From assembly GCA_017449215.1 (NCBI GenBank), contig JAFSJY010000070.1, positions 887 through 64,886 of the forward strand: a stretch of DNA of 64,000 nucleotides. Reading direction: 5' to 3'. This DNA is from Acholeplasmatales bacterium (GTDB lineage Bacteria; Bacillota_I; Bacilli_A; Acholeplasmatales; Anaeroplasmataceae). Shown piece by piece: positions 48,845-59,500 of the stretch. Made by a program: the position numbers and the translations under genes. The notes below the pieces were generated by a model that was not told the DNA's origin, made no database searches, and saw only the letters and a program-made list of their open reading frames with translations. Within the stretch, counting starts at the first letter, position 1; the number at the start of each line of letters is the position of its first letter.

Positions 48845-48877
48845 AAAAAAACAATTTGCGCAAAATGCGCAAATTAT
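48845..48877 (-). terminator. Terminator after frr
   Basis: AATTTGCGCA-aaa-TGCGCAAATT with adjacent T-tract on the minus strand. Confidence 0.75.
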
Positions 48878-48880
48878 TAA

Positions 48881-49432
48881 TTACATAGACATTAATTCGT
48901 CTTGCTTCTTCTTTGTTACTGCTTCAACTTCTTCAATCTTCTTATCAGTAAGCTTTTGGCAGTCCTCTAAAGCACTCTTCTCATCATCCTCAGGTAACTC
49001 TAGCTTCTTAATTTGATCATTTAAGTCACGTCTAACATTTCTAACGTTAACCTTTGCAGCCTCACTCATCTTAGCAACAAGCTTAGCAAGCTCACGTCTT
49101 CTTTCCTCTGTCATTTGAGGTAATACTAATCTAATACCATTACCATCAGATTGAGGAGTTAATCCTAGAGGTGATGCATAAATAGCTGATTCGATAGCCT
49201 TAATTGATGACTTATCGAAAGGCTTAATATATAGCTGATTAGCTTCAGGAATAGTAATTGAAGAAATCTGCTTAATTGGTGTCATAACACCATAATAATC
49301 AATTGAAATAGAATCTAATAAAGATGCATTAGCTCTACCAGTTCTAACAGTAGTTAATTCTCTTTCGTATGCGGCAATTGCCTTGTCCATTCTTTCTTCA
49401 GCTTCAAGCTGAGCCATTTCTAATTCTTCCAT
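48881..49432 (-). CDS. frr: Ribosome recycling factor
   Basis: RTGRANASLL, YYGVMTP, TEERRRELAK, RNVRRD. Confidence 0.97.
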   Translation of the reverse strand: MEELEMAQLEAEERMDKAIAAYERELTTVRTGRANASLLDSISIDYYGVMTPIKQISSITIPEANQLYIKPFDKSSIKAIESAIYASPLGLTPQSDGNGIRLVLPQMTEERRRELAKLVAKMSEAAKVNVRNVRRDLNDQIKKLELPEDDEKSALEDCQKLTDKKIEEVEAVTKKKQDELMSM

Positions 49433-49446
49433 TTTCTTCCTCCTAA

Positions 49447-50166
49447 TTAAAACTTAACCTTAGTTCCAATATTTTCGCCCTTTACAGCTCTTAAGATATT
49501 ACCATCCTTATTCATGTTGAATACGATAAGTGGTAATTTATTATCTCTACATAGTGAAGCAGCTGTTGAATCCATAACTGCTAAACCCTTTTCTAATATT
49601 TCATTAAATGTTAATTCACTATACATATGAGCATTAGGATTCTTTCTTGGATCAGAATCATAAATACCCTCTGTACCATTCTTAGCCATTAATACAATCT
49701 CAGCACCGATTTCAGTAGCACGCAATACACATGCTGTATCAGTTGAGAAATAAGGGCTACCAAGACCACCAGCGAAGATACAAACTCTTCTCTTCTCTAG
49801 ATGTCTAATTGCCTTTCTTCTAATATATGGTTCAGCAACTGTATCAATAGGAAGTGCTGTCATACATCTTGTTGGAACTCCCATTCCCTCAAGTGCATCC
49901 TGGATTGATAATCCATTCATAATAGTAGCTAACATTCCCATATAATCAGCTTGAGCTCTTTCCATTCCAAGCTCCTCACCAATTTTACCTCTCCAAATAT
50001 TTCCGCCACCAACAACGATACCAATTTCAGTACCTAAATCATAGATTTGCTTAATTTGGGCGGCTATACCTTTAACAGTTTCAGGATCAATGATTGCATT
50101 TGAATCAGCCTTTAGAGCTTCACCTGAAAGCTTTAATAATATACGCTTATACATATTTAAATCCAT
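49447..50166 (-). CDS. pyrH: Uridylate kinase
   Basis: [31 protein letters not shown]. Confidence 0.97.
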   Translation of the reverse strand: MDLNMYKRILLKLSGEALKADSNAIIDPETVKGIAAQIKQIYDLGTEIGIVVGGGNIWRGKIGEELGMERAQADYMGMLATIMNGLSIQDALEGMGVPTRCMTALPIDTVAEPYIRRKAIRHLEKRRVCIFAGGLGSPYFSTDTACVLRATEIGAEIVLMAKNGTEGIYDSDPRKNPNAHMYSELTFNEILEKGLAVMDSTAASLCRDNKLPLIVFNMNKDGNILRAVKGENIGTKVKF

Positions 50167-50266
50167 CCTTTATACCTAATAGACAAGCTATTATTTTTTC
50201 AAAGATTATTTTACCATATTGTTTTAATTAATACTAATACTTTTTGATAAAACATTGATTTGTTTC

Positions 50267-50300
50267 AAAAAAAATAACCGCAAAATTTTGCGGTTATCAA
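50267..50300 (-). terminator. Terminator after tsf
   Basis: ATAACCGCAA-aa-TTTTGCGGTTAT hairpin with A/T tract. Confidence 0.75.
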
Positions 50301-50303
50301 TTA

Positions 50304-51212
50304 TTACTTATTGAATGCAGCAGATTGAGCAGCAACTTCAGCAGCGAAATCTACTTCTTGCTTTTCAATACCTTCACCAACAGCTAAACGGATGAATGTA
50401 ACAACCTTAGACTTAGCACCAGCAACATATGCCTCAACTGTTTGATCAGGATTCTTAACGAATTGTTGAGATAATAAGCAAATTTCCTTTAAGCTCTTCT
50501 CAAGTCTACCTGGAACAATCTTGTCAGCAATGATTTGCTCTGGCTTTGGTTTAGGTGATGTAGCATTCTCATTTAAAGCTGTAGCTAAGATGATTTCTCT
50601 TTCCTTAGCAACTTCTTCAGCTGGAATATCATCCTTAGATACATATCTAGGACCCATAGCAGCTACATGCATAGCAACGTCCTTAGCAACAACCTCATCG
50701 TTACCATCTAATACAGTAACAACAACGATTCTACCACCAGCATGCTTATAAGCACCGAATACTTGTGCGTCAGTCTTCTCTAATACTGTAACTCTTCTTA
50801 AAGAAATCTTTTCACCAATTACACCTGAAGCCTCAAGAATAATTGTATTTAAATCCTTGCCTTCTGCCTCTACCTTTAATGCACATTCAGTACACTTAGC
50901 ATCAGAATTAACAATGATTTCACCAACCTTGTTTAATAAGTCAACGAACTTAGCGTTTTGAGCAACGAAGTCTGTTTGAGAATTTAATTCAAATACAACA
51001 GCCTTATTACCCTTGATTGCATATGAGCAAAGACCTTCAGCAGCGATAGCGCCTTCCTTCTTTACAGCCTTAGCAATACCCTTTTCTCTTAACCAAGTTA
51101 CAGCAGCTTCCATATCGCCGTCTGTAGCAGTTAATGCCTTCTTACAGTCTAACATACCTGCAGAAGTCTTTTCACGTAAATCCTTAACCATTTGCGCAGT
51201 AATATTTGCCAT
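50304..51212 (-). CDS. tsf: Elongation factor Ts
   Basis: VKDLREKTSAGMLDCKKAL, ELNSQTDFVA, GEGIEK. Confidence 0.97.
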   Translation of the reverse strand: MANITAQMVKDLREKTSAGMLDCKKALTATDGDMEAAVTWLREKGIAKAVKKEGAIAAEGLCSYAIKGNKAVVFELNSQTDFVAQNAKFVDLLNKVGEIIVNSDAKCTECALKVEAEGKDLNTIILEASGVIGEKISLRRVTVLEKTDAQVFGAYKHAGGRIVVVTVLDGNDEVVAKDVAMHVAAMGPRYVSKDDIPAEEVAKEREIILATALNENATSPKPKPEQIIADKIVPGRLEKSLKEICLLSQQFVKNPDQTVEAYVAGAKSKVVTFIRLAVGEGIEKQEVDFAAEVAAQSAAFNK

Positions 51213-51232
51213 CTTTTTATCCTCCGAATAAA

Positions 51233-52105
51233 TTATTCAGCCTTAGCTTCAGCAGCTGGCTTCTTTGCAGCTGGCTTCTTAGCTGGCTTCTTGTCGCCAT
51301 CCTTCTTAGGAGCAGCAGCCTTCTTAGCAGCTCTTTCTTCCTTCTTAGCAGCGTCTTCCTTCTTGATTTCTTCTGCTTGGTTGATACCTTCTGCAGCGTC
51401 ATCAAACTTTTCAACAACACCACCGTTAGCCTCGATTACAGCGTTAGCCATAACCCATGTAACTAACTTAACAGCACGGATTGCGTCATCATTTGCTGGA
51501 ATAACATAATCAACATCATCAGGATCACAGTTTGTATCAACAATACCAAATACTGGGATGTTTAGCTTTCTAGCTTCTAAAATTGCATTGTGTTCCTTGT
51601 GTGGGTCAACGATGAATAAAGCATCTGGAAGCTTCTTCATATCCTTAATACCACCTAAGAACTTCTCTAACTTATCTCTTTCAGCCTTAACTTGAGCAGC
51701 TTCCTTCTTAGTAAGCTTATCGAAAGAGCCATCCTCTTCCATCTCATATAGGCTTTGTAACTTTTGAATTCTCTTTCTAATTGTCTTGAAGTTAGTTAAA
51801 GTACCACCTAACCATCTTTGGTTAACATAGTACATACCACATCTAGCTGCTTCTTCCTTAACAGCCTCTTGTGCTTGCTTCTTAGTACCTACGAAAAGTA
51901 CCTTTCCTTCATTCTTTGCGATTTCAAATAGAGCTGCATAAGCCTTTTCGATTTCATTTGCAGTCTTTTGTAAATCGATGATGTAAATACCATTTCTAGC
52001 TGTAAATACATACTTAGCCATCTTAGGATTCCATCTACGAGTAGCATGTCCAAAATGAACACCTGACTCTAATAATTGTTTCATTGAAACTACTGATTCA
52101 GACAT
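51233..52105 (-). CDS. rpsB: 30S ribosomal protein S2 (Lys/Ala-rich C-terminal tail)
   Basis: [38 protein letters not shown]. Confidence 0.98.
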   Translation of the reverse strand: MSESVVSMKQLLESGVHFGHATRRWNPKMAKYVFTARNGIYIIDLQKTANEIEKAYAALFEIAKNEGKVLFVGTKKQAQEAVKEEAARCGMYYVNQRWLGGTLTNFKTIRKRIQKLQSLYEMEEDGSFDKLTKKEAAQVKAERDKLEKFLGGIKDMKKLPDALFIVDPHKEHNAILEARKLNIPVFGIVDTNCDPDDVDYVIPANDDAIRAVKLVTWVMANAVIEANGGVVEKFDDAAEGINQAEEIKKEDAAKKEERAAKKAAAPKKDGDKKPAKKPAAKKPAAEAKAE

Positions 52106-52129
52106 TTTTAATTTTCCTCCATTTTATTT

Positions 52130-52225
52130 TTGTTTTCTGTCCTCTGCCTTCTTCAACGTTCGCCTCCAACAACTAAGTGCACACGACGGCAAACTCCAAA
52201 AGCATGTGTATTTTTTGTGCCTTTT
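52130..52225 (-). promoter_or_regulatory. rpsB 5' leader (S2 autoregulatory RNA structure)
   Basis: Minus strand AATACACATG..GGAGTTTGCCG..GTGCAC..GAAGAAGGCAGAGG resembles recalled Bacillota rpsB leaders. Confidence 0.6.
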
Positions 52226-52308
52226 AAATATTATCATAATGACTGTCAATTTTCAACACATTTTTAAAAATAAAGAAAAAATGAGGACTCGCCTCATTTT
52301 ATAATTAA

Positions 52309-53082
52309 TTATAATTCCTTAACTTCTTTTCCAGTAGCTACATAATTTTCATCAAATTCAATAGTTACCTTATTAATAGATGAAATCTTAGAATCTACCA
52401 AAGTTCCATCTGTATCAATTTCCTTATCACCAGTTGTTAATTGACAATAGATAGGTGCGAATACAACCTTCTCAAGAATCTTTTGCTTTTGCATATTCTT
52501 TTCGCCATAGTTTCTAACAACAAATGTAGGAACATAAACTACATCAACAGTAATATCTCTACTACCAGCCTTATATGCTGCTACTGCACCCTTAGCAGAT
52601 TTAGTGAATGATAATGAAGAAACAGTATTTATTTCAAAATCAAATAAATCATTATATTGGTGAAGACCCTTTTCAGTATCAAATAACTTAGCGGCTACCT
52701 GGGCTTGCTCAGATTCATAAATAGAATTTGATGTTCTAAATAATAATGATTTAATAGCATAGCTTTGTACTCTTTCACCTAATGTTTCTAAATCACTATC
52801 GATATTAATAGAATATACAAATGCTGTACTCTTAATATCATTAGATACATAAGCAGTATAGTAATCAGCTGATTCATCTAAATCAACAGTTGAATCTAAT
52901 CTCTTAGCCTTATTATTTAAATCATAGATGAAATCTAAATTATATTTATCTTTAACTTCTGATAGGTCTAATGCTAAATCACTTCTAACAATTGTTAAAT
53001 CACCATCTGAACTAGATGAACATGCAGCTAGTGTAGCTAAAGCAACTAAACCAACAGTAACTGAAATCACTTTCTTTTTCAT
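52309..53082 (-). CDS. Hypothetical lipoprotein
   Basis: MKKK..LATLAAC lipobox; terminator AAAATGAGG..CCTCATTTT downstream. Confidence 0.75.
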   Translation of the reverse strand: MKKKVISVTVGLVALATLAACSSSSDGDLTIVRSDLALDLSEVKDKYNLDFIYDLNNKAKRLDSTVDLDESADYYTAYVSNDIKSTAFVYSINIDSDLETLGERVQSYAIKSLLFRTSNSIYESEQAQVAAKLFDTEKGLHQYNDLFDFEINTVSSLSFTKSAKGAVAAYKAGSRDITVDVVYVPTFVVRNYGEKNMQKQKILEKVVFAPIYCQLTTGDKEIDTDGTLVDSKISSINKVTIEFDENYVATGKEVKEL

Positions 53083-53145
53083 ACAATAATTTCTCCTTAC
53101 TTTGAACAAAAAGAATTATAACAAAATCAAATAAATATTACAAGA

Positions 53146-54093
53146 TTAACTTTTATTCTTTGAAGGTTTTATGGCTCTAGGATGAGCCTTTGTATAATCC
53201 TCTCTCATCTTCTCAATTGAGACATGAGTGTAAATTTGAGTTGTTGATAAATTCTCATGACCTAATAATTCCTGAACAGTTCTTAAATCCATTCCGTTAT
53301 TTAAAAGTGCTGTTGCGAAGGAATGTCTTAGCATATGAGGTGAAATATGGAATGTTTCACCAGCATCCTTAACAAGCTTTTCTAATATCTTTCTTACACC
53401 AACTCTTGATAAAGTAGTACCATTTTTATTTAAGAATACATACCTATTTTCAGTATCCTTAGAATTATATAATATTTCAGGTCTAAATACAGAAATATAA
53501 TGCTTAAGCATTTCACCTAAGCCCTCATACATAATTACATCTCTATCCTTTCCACCCTTACCGCCTCTTACTCTAATAATTCTTTCAGAAAAGTCGATAT
53601 CTCTTATTTGCATATTACATAATTCAGAAACTCTTAATCCACATCCATATAAGCATCCTAGAATACAGAAATTTCTATAGCCTAATTTATTTTCTAAATC
53701 ACATGCATCAAATAACATTACTATTTCACTTTCATTTATAACCTTTGGTAAATGTTTAGGAATCTTTGGAAGCTTTTCTAAATCCTTAAAATAGTTTTCC
53801 TTAAAAAGATCATTTTTTACACAAAAGCTATAAAATGATGAAAGGCTAGAAATATGACGTCTAATGCTAGTGCTTTTATACTTTTGATTAGTCATATATG
53901 AAACATAGTTTTCAGGATGTCTCATAGAAATATGTAGTATATCTTTAGCCATTTTTTCAGTTTTAATAAAAGCACTAAAATCATTTATATCATGTAAATA
54001 ATTAGAAATAGTATTTTCTGAATATCCCTTTTCATTTACTAAATATGAAATAAATTCTTGTACTGCCTCATCAGGTGTAACTTTAATTATCAT
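53146..54093 (-). CDS. xerC: Tyrosine recombinase XerC/CodV type
   Basis: YGCGLRVSEL, GKGGK, HISPHMLRHSFAT, LLGHENLSTTQIYTH; directly downstream of trmFO as in Bacillus. Confidence 0.88.
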   Translation of the reverse strand: MIIKVTPDEAVQEFISYLVNEKGYSENTISNYLHDINDFSAFIKTEKMAKDILHISMRHPENYVSYMTNQKYKSTSIRRHISSLSSFYSFCVKNDLFKENYFKDLEKLPKIPKHLPKVINESEIVMLFDACDLENKLGYRNFCILGCLYGCGLRVSELCNMQIRDIDFSERIIRVRGGKGGKDRDVIMYEGLGEMLKHYISVFRPEILYNSKDTENRYVFLNKNGTTLSRVGVRKILEKLVKDAGETFHISPHMLRHSFATALLNNGMDLRTVQELLGHENLSTTQIYTHVSIEKMREDYTKAHPRAIKPSKNKS

Positions 54094-55384
54094 TTATTTT
54101 CTTTAGCTCTCTTTCAAAATCTGCAAATGCTCTATCGCGATATAATTCCTTTCTATTAGCCTTTTTATGTGGCATATTTAAATCCTCCATAATACCAAAA
54201 TTAGCATTCATTGGTTGGAAGTCATTTTCATTTGCTTCACATATATAATGGCTTAAAGCACCAAGTACTGTTGTTCTTGGTAAATAAATAGGATCTAATC
54301 CCTTTAAATATCTATCCATACTTACCGCAGCGTAAATGCCAGATGCTGCAGATTCAACATATCCTTCTACTCCAGATAATTGTCCTGCAATAAATAAATT
54401 AGGATATGCTCTAGTTTGGAAATTAGGATTTAATATCTTAGGTGCGTTAATATAAGTATTCTTATGCATTCTTCCATATTTAGCAAATCTTGCATTTTCA
54501 AGACCTGGAATCATTTGGAATACTCTTTTTTGCTCAGGGAATTTCAAATGAGTTTGGAAGCCTACAATATTATACATAGTCTTTGCAGCGTCATCCTGTC
54601 TTAATTGAACAACTGCATATGGCTTACCACCATCTGGTGTTCTTAATCCAACAGGCTTCATAGGACCAAATGTTAATGTCTGAGGTCCTCTTTTTGCCAT
54701 AATTTCAACTGGCATACAGCTTTCAAATACCTTAAGCTCAAAATCATGAGTCTCAGCACATTCAGCATTTATTAATGCATCATAGAATGCATCAAATTCT
54801 TCCTTTGTCATTGGACAATTATAATATGATGGTTCACCCTTATCATATCTACTTTTTAAATATGCCTTTTCATAATTAATTGAATCAGCATAGATAATTG
54901 GTGCTTGTGCATCAAAGAAATAAAAATCATCTAATCCAAATAATCTTTTTATTTCATCACATAAAGGCCCTGATGTTAATGGACCTGTTGCGATAATAGT
55001 AGGAACATTAACATCTATTTTAGATACCTCTTCATTTACTATCTTTACATTAGGTAATGATTTAATTGCCTTTGTAATAGCATCAGAGAATCCCTCTCTA
55101 TCTACAGCTAAGGCACCACCAGCCTCAACCTTATTCTCATGTGCGCATTTAACAATTAGTGAACCTAATAGCTCCATCTCACGCTTTAAAATACCACAAG
55201 CATTAGTATCAGAATCACTCTTTAGTGAATTTGAACAAACAAGCTCACCAAATTTTTCTGTTTTATGAGCAGGTGTCATTTTAACTGGTCTCATCTCATA
55301 AAGAGTAATATCATATCCTTTTTTTGATAAATACCAGCAAGCCTCACATCCAGCTAAGCCCGCTCCAATAATATTAATATTCAT
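54083..55384 (-). CDS. trmFO: tRNA (uracil-54)-methyltransferase, FADH2/folate dependent
   Basis: IGAGLAGCEA, ELVCSNS, GALAVDR, YNIVGFQTHL, GVEGYVESAA. Confidence 0.97.
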   Translation of the reverse strand: MNINIIGAGLAGCEACWYLSKKGYDITLYEMRPVKMTPAHKTEKFGELVCSNSLKSDSDTNACGILKREMELLGSLIVKCAHENKVEAGGALAVDREGFSDAITKAIKSLPNVKIVNEEVSKIDVNVPTIIATGPLTSGPLCDEIKRLFGLDDFYFFDAQAPIIYADSINYEKAYLKSRYDKGEPSYYNCPMTKEEFDAFYDALINAECAETHDFELKVFESCMPVEIMAKRGPQTLTFGPMKPVGLRTPDGGKPYAVVQLRQDDAAKTMYNIVGFQTHLKFPEQKRVFQMIPGLENARFAKYGRMHKNTYINAPKILNPNFQTRAYPNLFIAGQLSGVEGYVESAASGIYAAVSMDRYLKGLDPIYLPRTTVLGALSHYICEANENDFQPMNANFGIMEDLNMPHKKANRKELYRDRAFADFERELKKINDN

Positions 55385-55389
55385 AACAA

Positions 55390-55890
55390 CTACCTATATT
55401 CTACAATTTCTTTTATATCTTTTCTTGTATTATGCTTCTTAACCTCGTTAGGATATCCAGTAGGAAGTAAGGCTAATACCTTAATATTTTCAGGTAATCC
55501 TAATATCTCTTCTACCTTATCCTCGTGCATACTACATACGAAGCATGAACCTAATCCTAATGCTGTAATAGCATTCATCATATTTGTTGTGACTATAGTG
55601 GCATCTACCATACCAAAGCCTCTATCATCACTTTTTCTTACCCATGCTTCTTTAGTATTATAAGCAATTACAAAAATTAATCCAGCATTAAATGTATATT
55701 TACATGCAGTCTTTAATTTTTCTAATATTTCCTTAGATTTACATACATATATTCTTTCAGGCTGAAAATTAACCGCAGTTGGTGATAATCTTCCTGCCTC
55801 TAATATTTTATCTATTAATTCTTGCTCTACTTCCTTATCCTTAAAATCACGACAAGAATATCTTTTTTCTAATACCTCAAAAAATTCCAT
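55390..55890 (-). CDS. Nitroreductase family protein
   Basis: KRYSCRDF, SPTAVNFQP, ALGLGSCFV, PTGYP. Confidence 0.88.
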   Translation of the reverse strand: MEFFEVLEKRYSCRDFKDKEVEQELIDKILEAGRLSPTAVNFQPERIYVCKSKEILEKLKTACKYTFNAGLIFVIAYNTKEAWVRKSDDRGFGMVDATIVTTNMMNAITALGLGSCFVCSMHEDKVEEILGLPENIKVLALLPTGYPNEVKKHNTRKDIKEIVEYR

Positions 55891-56511
55891 CTAGTCCTCC
55901 ATAAATAGGTCACTTGCAAATTGTTCTAAAAATTCATTAACAAATGCCTTTTTTTCATCCCAATATTTTCTTGCTATAGGAGTTACCATATAATCCTGAT
56001 TTAAAATATGGCCAGAATGCTTCATTATTTCTGATAGGGAATCCTCATAATTATTACAGCCTAGGGCACCCTTAGAAAGTAAATCCCAGACAATTCCCAT
56101 GCAGCCTTCCTCATCTAATAAATCAGCCTCTAATAATAATATTAATTCATCAGTACTATTCTTATCCTTTAATAATGTTTTATCAGAATGTAAGGAAATG
56201 ATTCTTGCTACCTCATTAGAAAAATCAACATCGAAATTATTTTCCTTAGCATAATCTAAAAACATCTTAGCTGATTCCTCTGCGTGATTTTCCTTGCCAT
56301 GAGAATAACCAATATCATGGAAAATCGCTGCTGTATATAAAATATCAGTATTACAATTTGGCTTATCAGCTACTAACCTCTTACACCACTTATAAATTCT
56401 TATAGAATGTGTATATCTAGATCTAAAACAATGATTAGGTTTAGGTGGCTTAATAGCATTATTTTCCTCTAATGTTTTTTTAACATATTCTAGCATCTTA
56501 TCGAAATCCAT
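55891..56511 (-). CDS. HD-domain phosphohydrolase
   Basis: RYTHSIR, AAIFHDIG, HAEES, EADLLD. Confidence 0.88.
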   Translation of the reverse strand: MDFDKMLEYVKKTLEENNAIKPPKPNHCFRSRYTHSIRIYKWCKRLVADKPNCNTDILYTAAIFHDIGYSHGKENHAEESAKMFLDYAKENNFDVDFSNEVARIISLHSDKTLLKDKNSTDELILLLEADLLDEEGCMGIVWDLLSKGALGCNNYEDSLSEIMKHSGHILNQDYMVTPIARKYWDEKKAFVNEFLEQFASDLFMED

Positions 56512-56576
56512 AATATCACCCACTTTAAAAAATATTATAACAAAAAACAAGCGGAAATAAAATCCGCTTGTTAATC

Positions 56577-59500
56577 TTAATATGTATGAATTTCACCAAT
56601 TTCGTAATTATAATTATTAAAATAATTAATATATTCACTCATATCAACATCAGTAAACATTAAATGGCCATCAACTTCCTTAACATTAGGTAATGTAATT
56701 GGATTATTTAATGTAATTTCTAATATATCAAACATATCTAATGATAATGAGCTAATTGATATAATCGCATCTACATTAATATCATTATATAAAATCTCAT
56801 CTAATGAAATTGTAGTAGATAATGTACCCATACCAGAAATACCACTTAATTCACCAATATTTAATGCAATATTATAATCCTTACCATTTGATGAATAAGC
56901 CTCTAATACTAGGCTCGCATCTATAACATTATCATTAGTTGTACTACTATCCATAGAATCTAATATTAAATCAGATAATCTCATACCAAAATCAAAGATG
57001 TAATATTTAATATCTCCTAAGAATTCTTCTACAGTAACCTTAACTGACTCATGGTAAGTAGAAAGATTCATGAAACCACCCTTATATTTAGCATCAATAA
57101 TTATATATCCATCCATATAATAGAATGATGTTTCCTTACCCTTAATCACTGTGCTTGCAAGTAAAGACTTATCATAATTTAAATTAGCATATAATGCAAA
57201 GCTACCATCATCAAAAACATTTACCTTAACAACAAATGGTATTGATAATGCATTAAAGAAGCCTCCTGCCTCTAATGTTACCTCACCAGATATTTCATAT
57301 GATTTATTAGATGCTGTAACTAAAAGTCCAGCAACTAATTCATCAATTGATGATATATCATACCAGCTACTATCAACAGTAGGTAATGTAATATTTACAC
57401 TATCATTTAGTAAGCTAACCTTATTTATATCTAATCTTGTATCTTCCTTAATATATAAATCATCTAAACTTATATATGCTTTATAATTATCTTTTTCTTC
57501 TACTGATAATACTAATTTAGTGCTTGCATTAGAAGTATTTAATAATTCACTTAAATTTAAATCTAATTCTAATTTATTATTTCCAATAATCATTTCATTT
57601 AATAATTTATTGAAATCTATATTAGTTAAACTAGTATTATTACTAAATAAATTCTTAATTTGTTCAGTATCAATATCATTAAAATCAAATGTTGAATAAT
57701 TATTTAAGAAGCTTAAATCAATATCTAATAATTTAGTTAATGTTCCAATAACACTTAATAAATCCTCTGCCGGAGTATACATCTTAATTAAATTATTAGG
57801 ACTATTTGGATTAGTACCATATGTAATGAATAAATAATCCTCATTATATTTATCTATGTTATTCTTTATAAAGTATTCCTTAGAAATTAATTTTAAATCA
57901 ATAGAATGAACCATCTTAATAGATGAATCAGTATTATATTCAGTTATTGTTCCAATAATTTCTAAATCAAATCTGCCATTTTCATAAATATAGAATAGGA
58001 TATTACCATTAACATCTAAATGCTTTATATCATTATCATAAATAGACAAATCTAAATTAATATTGAATTCCTTTTCCTTTGCGATAGAAATTACTTTTTT
58101 AACAATATTAATTAAATCATCTTTATTATCCTTATTAATTGATTCAGATAATTTATCAACAAGACCTGATAAATCCATATAATTTGAATCATCAAATTCT
58201 TTATTAACGTTAATATGATTAATATCTAATTCTAAATTTAATTTATCATATTCGAATAGAATATTTGTAATATTCTCTGTAGCATTTATGTCAATATTTT
58301 TAATGCTATTGATAATATCTAATATATTAACTTCTCCAAGTAATGGCTTAATTACATTGACAATATTATCAATATTTAATTCATCAATATCGAATAATGA
58401 ATTAATTACTTTTAAAATACTACCCTTAACTACCTTAATCTTTAAGCCATCATATTTAACATAAACATTATTATTTGTATAGCATACATTTAATAACATA
58501 TCTAATTCATTATATTTAATATCTAAATCTAAATTGATGAATAAATCTTCCTTAAAAGATATAGCACCATTAGCCTTTATATCTAATGAATCATAGCTTA
58601 AATCTAAATCAAATGCTAATTCCTTTTCGTTAATAATCTTCTTTACATTATCAACTAAGTTATTAATGTCATCTTTAGTAATATTTTGCTTCAATAATTC
58701 AAATATACTAGCTAAGCTATTATATTTAGTCTTATCAAATTCCTTATTAACGCTTCTATTTAAAGCATTTAATGATATATTAATATCCTTATAGCTTACT
58801 TCAATAGTAGTTTCATCCTTAACTGGATTTAAATTTAAATTATGGATATTTGAAATAATTTCAAAGATGTCATAATTCTTTAATATATCCTTTATCGAAT
58901 CCAAATTAAAATCAATTGAATCAGTAAATAAATTAACTATATATAGGATATCATCCTTATTAATTGATACATTAATATCATCATATGAAATATAAATAAT
59001 ATCATTATCATAAATAGCATTTAATTTAATATCTAAATTATTATAGTTAATATCTAAATTTAGATTCATAAATAGAGTATCTTTAAATGATATATCTCCA
59101 TATGCGTGGATATTAATATCCTTATATTCTAAATTTAAATCAATACCTAATTCCTTATCATTAACAATCTTTGTAATGTTTTCTATTAATGCATTAACAT
59201 CAAAATCACTAAATGTACTATGATCAATTACATCAATTGTTGAATCTGTCTTTTCTATTGATAATTCAACATTAAATCCATTTAAATCAATATTACCTGT
59301 TGCGTAATTTAATGAATAATTGCCACTATTATTAGTTATATCGAAGAATAAATTTAAATCTACTCCAAATAGATTAATAGCTGATGTTATTTTTATATTA
59401 TCTCCATCTTCTACTATAGTACCTGAATTTAAGTCATTTACTATTTTATCTACATCTAATTCAGCGTCAGCGTCTAAAATTAAATCAGATAAATCTATTT

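Noticed and set aside
52203-52214. 12-nt match AATACACATGCT between the rpsB leader and the terminators at 1146/16181
   Set aside because: Short, AT-rich, in different functional contexts; likely chance.
53146-54093. Tyrosine recombinase as an integron integrase driving the cassette array
   Set aside because: It sits in the housekeeping trmFO-xerC context, is 37 kb from the array, and no integron-specific insertion or attC sites were seen.
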